Below, one piece after another: positions 1 through 7,859 of a stretch of DNA of 64,000 nt (position 1 is the stretch's first letter; each line of letters starts with the position of its first letter). Source of the stretch: Auanema rhodensis (lineage: Eukaryota > Animalia > Nematoda); the NCBI GenBank assembly GCA_964057225.1, contig OZ059895.1:21266001-21330000 (forward strand). The letters are read 5' to 3'. The notes under the pieces are model-generated. The model was not told where the DNA came from. It worked only from the letters and a program-made list of their open reading frames with translations, and searched no databases. The translations under genes were made by a program, and so were the position numbers.

Positions 1-1262
1 TTATCTCTGTCGGATGAGTAGATGTTGTCTTCACATTTGATGGTAGGGATATCTGAAGTAGATGCTCCAAGACGGGCTCTACAGAATCGATAAAAAATTG
101 TAGGGTTGTTGAGAGCGGCGGTTTTCTCTTCTTCGGACGCTGATTTAAGCTTAAGAAGCCTGTCAAGCTTGACAGTCAATTTTTTACGATAGAGTTCATC
201 TCGAGGACAAATAGATGAGCTGAGTCTGTTGATGAAATTTGAGAGACTAGCAATTTCTTTATCGACTTTGCTTTTTTGTTTGGACTGTTTATAGGGAACA
301 AACCTTTTGATAACTGAGTGAATAATTTCAATAAACTTAGTATAGGAGTCCAGAGGAGTTAGATCAGAAAGTTCAGTAGCAAAATCGATACTGGCCAAGT
401 AATGATTAATAATATTGTAATCAGCACGATGAAAATTAAGCTGAGAAAAATTTGACAGAGAAGAACTGTTGTGGAAGACAACGGAAGAAGGAAGTGAGCC
501 AGATCCAGGTACGCAAGAATTGTTGAATATGGAGAAGATGACAGAGTAGTGATCCGAGTTACCTAAAGGGGAAGAACGGAGTATGTTTTTAACCATAGCA
601 GGGTTATTTGTGATGATGTAGTCTAGAATATGTTTACCCCGAGTAGGAAAGTTAACCAGTTGATCCGAATAGTTATCTTTTAAAAATTGAAAGATAGACA
701 TACTGGAGGGAGAGGGGCGTGAAGATTCGCAGAGGTCCCAGTTGATGTAAGGAAAGTTGAGATCACCCGTGATGAGAAATGAACGGGCTTTTATATGACT
801 AGAAAGATCAGAAAGATAGAAGGAAAAGTCGGAATGAAGAGAAGAAGGAGAACGGTAGCAGACAGAAAAGACTGTGTTGATTGAAGTGATGAGTATGTTG
901 ATGTATTGAACAGAAGAAAGTTGAGAAGAACAAGAAAGTAAGGTAGAGTTAATTGATTTTTTGATAAAGATAAGAGTGCCGCCGCCACGGGCTGTACACC
1001 TGTCGGCTCTGAATAGATTGTAATAGTTACCGAGCGGAATATGATTAGAGTGGAAATTGGGAAAAAGCCAGGATTCTGATATAGCAATGATATCAGGAGA
1101 TGAAATATTATGGATAGTAGTAAGAAAATGAAATTTGTTGAGAATAGAGCGTGCATTATAACAATGAACAGAAAAATTAACAGGGACACAGGAACTGGAC
1201 GTAGTAGAAGGTTGTGAAGCCTTAACGAAATAACCTGTTCGTATCAGACTCAGGTTGAGATG
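1..1262 (-). CDS. LINE ORF2 (pol), N-terminal part: apurinic/apyrimidinic-type endonuclease domain plus linker; runs off the window before the reverse transcriptase; start mechanism unresolved
   Basis: Manual translation. The frame opens after TAA at 1265-1263 and stays open for 420 codons to the edge. APE/EEP motifs in order: HCYNARSILNK (Y at 1160), PDIIAISESWL (E at 1076-1074), FRADR...RGGG, CYRSP, ITGDLNFPYINW (GDLN 767-756), PTRGKHILDYIITN, LGNSDHYSV (SDH 557-549). It ends ...IYSSDRD at the edge. Absent from the ORF track, presumably because there is no stop in the window. First in-frame ATG is at 701-699, inside the domain. Confidence 0.95.
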
Positions 1263-2277
1263 TTATATTAGAACCGCTTTTAGATCTGGTATGGTACTCG
1301 GAATTGGTTTTAGTACAGCGTGGGGGATTTTTCCTCTTTCTGGGGCTGATTGAAAATCTCTCAACCGTAGAAAGAGGTTTGGATCTACCCGCTGAGCGGC
1401 TATTCCTACCAGATTTAGAAGGCGGACTAGATATTACAACAGTGTCGGACACAGACGGACAAGAGACGATAGGGTCGTTTTGGACCACAGGACAGAGACT
1501 GGAGACATTTTGAGAAACATTAATGTTTGAGAACACATGAATAGAGGGTGAAGTTGGTTTACGAAGAACTTTGATAAGTTTAAGGTCGCGTACAAGGTAA
1601 ATTGATTCATCATTGTCCAGATTTTTATTTTTAGCTTCCTCACGTAGTTTTTTTTCTATTTCTACCTCGAAAGGAAGATAGTCGCGGCGAATAAAAGTTT
1701 TTGACAAACAAGCAAAGCATTTCGCTTTGTTGGACTTAATGATATCAATAATTTTGTCACGTATATCAACTGTTGAACATGAAATTACAAGAGGACCAAG
1801 AGATTTAGATTTTAGAGTTGAACGGGTTATAGTAATTTGGTTGCTGTTAATGAGAGAAGTCAAAGTAGAGTCGTTAGATTTTTCAACGACAAGTTTTAGG
1901 AGAGAAGTGGGGTCCGAGGGTAGTTCGGATGAGTCGTGGGGAACACGAAACCACACCGCTCTATTCAAACGATAGGAAAACTTTGACTCCTCAGATCTAA
2001 CTTTTTGAACCTGACACAGAACAGTAGAAGAGGATGATTGAGAGGTAGAAGTAACAATAGATTTTGATACATTGAGAAATTTCTTTTCTAAACCCTCAAT
2101 ACGTAACTTAAAATCGTCTTCGAGATTTTTAATACGCATTTCATTAGCCGCAACATTGGTTTTAATGTTGTTCAGCTCGCTTTTAATTTCAGCAGAAAGT
2201 TGTGAAAAAGAATCACGAAGAGATTTGGAAAGAACATCAAGTGTTTCAGTAAAAAAATCTTTTGTTACAACTGACAT
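1222..2277 (-). CDS. LINE ORF1 protein (351 aa), likely nucleic-acid chaperone: N-terminal coiled coil, probable RRM/CTD-like core, Ser/Pro/Arg-rich basic tail
   Basis: Part of track ORF 1222..2397. The first ATG is at 2277 in ACCATG context (MSVVTKDFF...). The 40 upstream codons are a read-through of the polypyrimidine UTR from a TTG. Heptad-like segment LSAEIKSELNNIKTNVAANEMRIKNLEDDFKLRIEGLEKK, core ending FIRRDY...LREEA...YLVRDL, and a position directly upstream of the endonuclease ORF. Confidence 0.88.
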   Translation of the reverse strand: MSVVTKDFFTETLDVLSKSLRDSFSQLSAEIKSELNNIKTNVAANEMRIKNLEDDFKLRIEGLEKKFLNVSKSIVTSTSQSSSSTVLCQVQKVRSEESKFSYRLNRAVWFRVPHDSSELPSDPTSLLKLVVEKSNDSTLTSLINSNQITITRSTLKSKSLGPLVISCSTVDIRDKIIDIIKSNKAKCFACLSKTFIRRDYLPFEVEIEKKLREEAKNKNLDNDESIYLVRDLKLIKVLRKPTSPSIHVFSNINVSQNVSSLCPVVQNDPIVSCPSVSDTVVISSPPSKSGRNSRSAGRSKPLSTVERFSISPRKRKNPPRCTKTNSEYHTRSKSGSNITSQPESDTNRLFR

Positions 2278-2585
2278 GGTAATATTGAAGAAAAGTGAAT
2301 GAAAATAGGAAAAATAGAGAGATAAAAACAAGTGAAAATGGAGAAAAGATAAGTGATAAAAATGAGAAAGATAAGTAAAAAAGTGAGTAATGAACAAGAA
2401 AGAAAAAAATGAAAGAAAATTAGAATAAATGTATAAAAACAGAAAAAAAGTAGCGTACCTTGAAAAAAACCAGTCCGGCGTAAACTTGAACAGCAGCTAT
2501 TGATTGACAGCAAACGACCGTTCACGTTGAGGTCACGGCGCGGAATGTGGTCACGGCGCGGAATGAGGTCACGGCGCGGAATGAG
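2278..2585 (-). promoter_or_regulatory. LINE 5' UTR, probable internal promoter
   Basis: ~308 nt between the satellite junction and the ORF1 ATG, with no ATG on the element sense strand. The 5' end is CpG-rich and is followed by a pyrimidine tract. Promoter function is inferred from general LINE biology. Confidence 0.65.
2281..2450 (-). other. Low-complexity polypyrimidine (U/C-rich) tract in the LINE 5' UTR
   Basis: Only 3 C in these 170 nt of the + strand, so 3 G on the element sense strand. No AG dinucleotide on the sense strand. Confidence 0.85.
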
Positions 2586-2587
2586 GT
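2528..2587. repeat. 18-bp tandem repeat TGAGGTCACGGCGCGGAA x3.3 at the LINE 5' terminus
   Basis: Units at 2528-2545, 2546-2563 (one A>T difference), 2564-2581, and partial TGAGGT at 2582-2587. Confidence 0.97.
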
Positions 2588-2937
2588 GATGTGCACTCGG
2601 TATGTAACTCGCTTCACGTGAAATATGAAGAGATGCGGTTTTCGAAATCAGATTCCCCATGTCCATATTAGTCTAAAAACAAATTTTTATTGATATTGGT
2701 GCATGGCAACCATGACTTTAAAATTTACGTGAACTTTAATTTATGCTAATTAAGTGTACACATGATGTGCACTTGGTATGTAACTCGCTTCACGTCAAAG
2801 ATAAAGAGATGCGGTTTTCAAAATTAGATTCCTCATGTCCATATTAGTCTAAAAACGAATTTTTATTGATATTGATGCATGGTAACCATGACTTTGAAAT
2901 TTACGTGAACTTTAATTTATGCTAATTAAGTGTACAC

Positions 2938-5900
2938 ATGATGTGCACTTGGTATGTAACTCGCTTCACGTCAAAGATAAAGAGATGCGGTTTTCAAAAT
3001 TAGATTCCCCATTTCCATATTAGTCTAAAAACGAATTTTTATTGATATTGATGCATGGTAACCATGACTTTGAAATTTACGTGAACTTTAATTTATGCTA
3101 ATTAAGTGTACACATGATGTGCGCTTGGTATGTAACTCGCTTCACGTGAAAGATAAAGAGATGCGGTTTTCAAAATTAGATTCCCCATTTCCATATTAGT
3201 CTAAAAACGAATTTTTATTGATATTGATGCATGGTAACCATGACTTTGAAATTTACGTGAACTTTAATTTATGCTTATTAAGTGTACACGTGATGTGCAC
3301 TTGGTATGTAACTTGCTTCACGTCAAAGATAAAGAGATGCGGTTTTCAAAATTAGATTCCCCATGTCCATATTAGTCTAAAAACAAATTTTTATTAATAT
3401 TGGTGCTTGGTAACCATGACTTTGAAATTTACGTGAACTTTAATTTATGCTAATTAAGTGTACACGTGATGTGCACTCGGTATGTAACTCGCTTCACGTG
3501 AAAGATAGAGAGATGCGGTTTTCAAAATAGATTCCCCATGTCCATATTAGTCTAAAAACGAATTTTTATTAATATTGGTGCTTGGTAACCATGACTTTGA
3601 AATTTACGTGAACTTTAATTTATGCTAATTAAGTGAACACATGATGTGCACTTGGTATGTAACTCGCTTCACGTGAAAGATAAAGAGATGCGGTTTTCAA
3701 AATTAGATTCCCCATTTCCATATTAGTCTAAAAACGAATTTTTATTGATATTGATGCATGGTAACCATGACTTTGAAATTTACGTGAACTTTAATATATG
3801 CTTATTAAGTGTACACGTGATGTGCACTTGGTATGTAACTCGCTTCACGTGAAAGATAAAGGGATGCGGTTTTCAAAATTAGATTCCCCATGTCCATATT
3901 AGTCTAAAAACAAATTTTTGTTGATATTGGTGCTTGGTAACCATGACTTTGAAATTTACGTGAACTTTAATTTATGCTAATTAAGTGAACACATGATGTG
4001 CACTTGGTATGTAACTCGCTTCACGTGAAAGATAAAGAGATGTGGTTTTCAAAAAAGATTTCCCATGTCCATATTAGTCTAAAAACGAATTTTTATTGAT
4101 ATTGATTCATGGTAACCATGACTTTGAAATTTACGTGAACTTTAATTTATGCTAATTAAGTGTACACGTGATGTGCACTCGGTATGTAACTCGCTTCACG
4201 TGAAATATGAAGAGATGCGGTTTTCGAAATCAGATTCCCCATGTCCATATTAGTCTAAAAACAAATTTTTATTGATATTGGTGCATGGCAACCATGACTT
4301 TAAAATTTACGTGAACTTTAATTTATGCTAATTAAGTGTACACATGATGTGCACTTGGTATGTAACTCGCTTCACGTCAAAGATAAAGAGATGCGGTTTT
4401 CAAAATTAGATTTCGCATGTCCATATTAGTCTAAAAACAAATTTTTATTGATATTGGTGCATGGTAACCATGACTTTAAAATTTACGTGAACTTTAATTT
4501 ATGCTAATTAAGTGTACACATGATGTGCGCTTGGTATGTAACTCGCTTCACGTGAAAGATAAAGAGATGCGGTTTTCAAAATTAGATTCCTCATGTCCAT
4601 ATTAGTCTAAAAACGAATTTTTATTGATATTGATGCATGGTAACCATGACTTTGAAATTTACGTGAACTTTAATTTATGCTAATTAAGTGTACACGTGAT
4701 GTGCACTCGGTATGTAACTCGCTTCACGTGAAATATGAAGAGATGCGGTTTTCGAAATCAGATTCCCCATGTCCATATTAGTCTAAAAACAAATTTTTAT
4801 TGATATTGGTGCATGGCAACCATGACTTTAAAATTTACGTGAACTTTAATTTATGCTAATTAAGTGTACACATGATGTGCACTTGGTATGTAACTCGCTT
4901 CACGTCAAAGATAGAGAGATGCGGTTTTCAAAATAGATTCCCCATGTCCATATTAGTCTAAAAACAAATTTTTATTGATATTGGTGCATGGTAACCATGA
5001 CTTTAAAATTTACGTGAACTTTAATTTATGCTAATTAAGTGTACACATGATGTGCGCTTGGTATGTAACTCGCTTCACGTGAAAGATAAAGAGATGCGGT
5101 TTTCAAAATTAGATTCCTCATGTCCATATTAGTCTAAAAACGAATTTTTATTGATATTGATGCATGGTAACCATGACTTTGAAATTTACGTGAACTTTAA
5201 TTTATGCTAATTAAGTGTACACGTGATGTGCACTCGGTATGTAACTCGCTTCACGTGAAATATGAAGAGATGCGGTTTTCGAAATCAGATTCCCCATGTC
5301 CATATTAGTCTAAAAACAAATTTTTATTGATATTGGTGCATGGCAACCATGACTTTAAAATTTACGTGAACTTTAATTTATGCTAATTAAGTGTACACAT
5401 GATGTGCACTTGGTATGTAACTCGCTTCACGTCAAAGATAAAGAGATGCGGTTTTCAAAATTAGATTCCCCATTTCCATATTAGTCTAAAAACGAATTTT
5501 TATTGATATTGATGCATGGTAACCATGACTTTGAAATTTACGTGAACTTTAATTTATGCTAATTAAGTGTACACATGATGTGCGCTTGGTATGTAACTCG
5601 CTTCACGTGAAAGATAAAGAGATGCGGTTTTCAAAATTAGATTCCCCATTTCCATATTAGTCTAAAAACGAATTTTTATTGATATTGATGCATGGTAACC
5701 ATGACTTTGAAATTTACGTGAACTTTAATTTATGCTTATTAAGTGTACACGTGATGTGCACTTGGTATGTAACTTGCTTCACGTCAAAGATAAAGAGATG
5801 CGGTTTTCAAAATTAGATTCCCCATGTCCATATTAGTCTAAAAACAAATTTTTATTAATATTGGTGCTTGGTAACCATGACTTTGAAATTTACGTGAACT

Positions 5901-7859
5901 TTAATTTATGCTAATTAAGTGTACACGTGATGTGCACTCGGTATGTAACTCGCTTCACGTGAAAGATAGAGAGATGCGGTTTTCAAAATAGATTCCCCAT
6001 GTCCATATTAGTCTAAAAACGAATTTTTATTAATATTGGTGCTTGGTAACCATGACTTTGAAATTTACGTGAACTTTAATTTATGCTAATTAAGTGAACA
6101 CATGATGTGCACTTGGTATGTAACTCGCTTCACGTGAAAGATAAAGAGATGCGGTTTTCAAAATTAGATTCCCCATTTCCATATTAGTCTAAAAACGAAT
6201 TTTTATTGATATTGATGCATGGTAACCATGACTTTGAAATTTACGTGAACTTTAATATATGCTTATTAAGTGTACACGTGATGTGCACTTGGTATGTAAC
6301 TCGCTTCACGTGAAAGATAAAGGGATGCGGTTTTCAAAATTAGATTCCCCATGTCCATATTAGTCTAAAAACAAATTTTTGTTGATATTGGTGCTTGGTA
6401 ACCATGACTTTGAAATTTACGTGAACTTTAATTTATGCTAATTAAGTGAACACATGATGTGCACTTGGTATGTAACTCGCTTCACGTGAAAGATAAAGAG
6501 ATGTGGTTTTCAAAAAAGATTTCCCATGTCCATATTAGTCTAAAAACGAATTTTTATTGATATTGATTCATGGTAACCATGACTTTGAAATTTACGTGAA
6601 CTTTAATTTATGCTAATTAAGTGTACACGTGATGTGCACTCGGTATGTAACTCGCTTCACGTGAAATATGAAGAGATGCGGTTTTCGAAATCAGATTCCC
6701 CATGTCCATATTAGTCTAAAAACAAATTTTTATTGATATTGGTGCATGGCAACCATGACTTTAAAATTTACGTGAACTTTAATTTATGCTAATTAAGTGT
6801 ACACATGATGTGCACTTGGTATGTAACTCGCTTCACGTCAAAGATAAAGAGATACGGTTTTCAAAATTAGATTTCGCATGTCCATATTAGTCTAAAAACA
6901 AATTTTTATTGATATTGGTGCATGGTAACCATGACTTTAAAATTTACGTGAACTTTAATTTATGCTAATTAAGTGTACACATGATGTGCGCTTGGTATGT
7001 AACTCGCTTCACGTGAAAGATAAAGAGATGCGGTTTTCAAAATTAGATTCCTCATGTCCATATTAGTCTAAAAACGAATTTTTATTGATATTGATGCATG
7101 GTAACCATGACTTTGAAATTTACGTGAACTTTAATTTATGCTAATTAAGTGTACACGTGATGTGCACTCGGTATGTAACTCGCTTCACGTGAAATATGAA
7201 GAGATGCGGTTTTCGAAATCAGATTCCCCATGTCCATATTAGTCTAAAAACAAATTTTTATTGATATTGGTGCATGGCAACCATGACTTTAAAATTTACG
7301 TGAACTTTAATTTATGCTAATTAAGTGTACACATGATGTGCACTTGGTATGTAACTCGCTTCACGTCAAAGATAGAGAGATGCGGTTTTCAAAATAGATT
7401 CCCCATGTCCATATTAGTCTAAAAACAAATTTTTATTGATATTGGTGCATGGTAACCATGACTTTAAAATTTACGTGAACTTTAATTTATGCTAATTAAG
7501 TGTACACATGATGTGCGCTTGGTATGTAACTCGCTTCACGTGAAAGATAAAGAGATGCGGTTTTCAAAATTAGATTCCTCATGTCCATATTAGTCTAAAA
7601 ACGAATTTTTATTGATATTGATGCATGGTAACCATGACTTTGAAATTTACGTGAACTTTAATTTATGCTAATTAAGTGTACACGTGATGTGCACTCGGTA
7701 TGTAACTCGCTTCACGTGAAATATGAAGAGATGCGGTTTTCGAAATCAGATTCCCCATGTCCATATTAGTCTAAAAACAAATTTTTATTGATATTGGTGC
7801 ATGGCAACCATGACTTTAAAATTTACGTGAACTTTAATTTATGCTAATTAAGTGTACAC
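2938..7859 (+). repeat. 14-monomer higher-order repeat (period 2461 bp), two copies
   Basis: The variant order of 2938-5398 recurs at 5399-7859. Diagnostic CGAAATCAG monomers at 4168/4696/5223 map to 6629/7157/7684. One difference seen (GCGG vs ACGG at ~4393/6854). Confidence 0.88.

Larger units (their letters stand above)
1..2587 (-). mobile_element. Non-LTR retrotransposon (LINE), CR1-like clade; 5' ~2.6 kb of an apparently full-length element, with the RT domain and 3' end expected left of the window
   Basis: Minus-strand order is 5' tandem repeat, 5' UTR, ORF1, then overlapping ORF2 with AP-endonuclease motifs. CR1-like linker motifs (NFHRADY..IN.YLASIDF, RFVP, NNPTIFY) follow. No stops or frameshifts inside either ORF. 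The clade call comes from motif recognition, not a phylogeny. Confidence 0.93.

Noticed and set aside
791-1189. 132-aa hydrophobic minus-strand ORF resembling a membrane protein
   Set aside because: It is an alternative frame over the endonuclease coding region with a GTG start. The Leu/Phe/Ser richness follows from the T/C-rich sense strand.
1304-2302. Short ORFs 1304-1513(+), 1434-1643(-), 1727-1975(+) and 2072-2302(+)
   Set aside because: They are antisense or alternative-frame shadows of ORF1 with no motifs.
2278-2397. 40-aa N-terminal extension of ORF1 in the ORF track
   Set aside because: It starts at TTG and translates the polypyrimidine UTR. The ATG at 2277 has a good eukaryotic context.
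2520-2527. 8-bp ACGTGAAC shared between the LINE 5' UTR (minus strand) and the satellite
   Set aside because: Too short to support homology or a targeting role; expected by chance.
2265-2666. 133-aa minus-strand ORF with IPRRD repeats
   Set aside because: It is a chimera of satellite, the 18-bp repeat and the pyrimidine UTR, created by the junction, with low-complexity translation.
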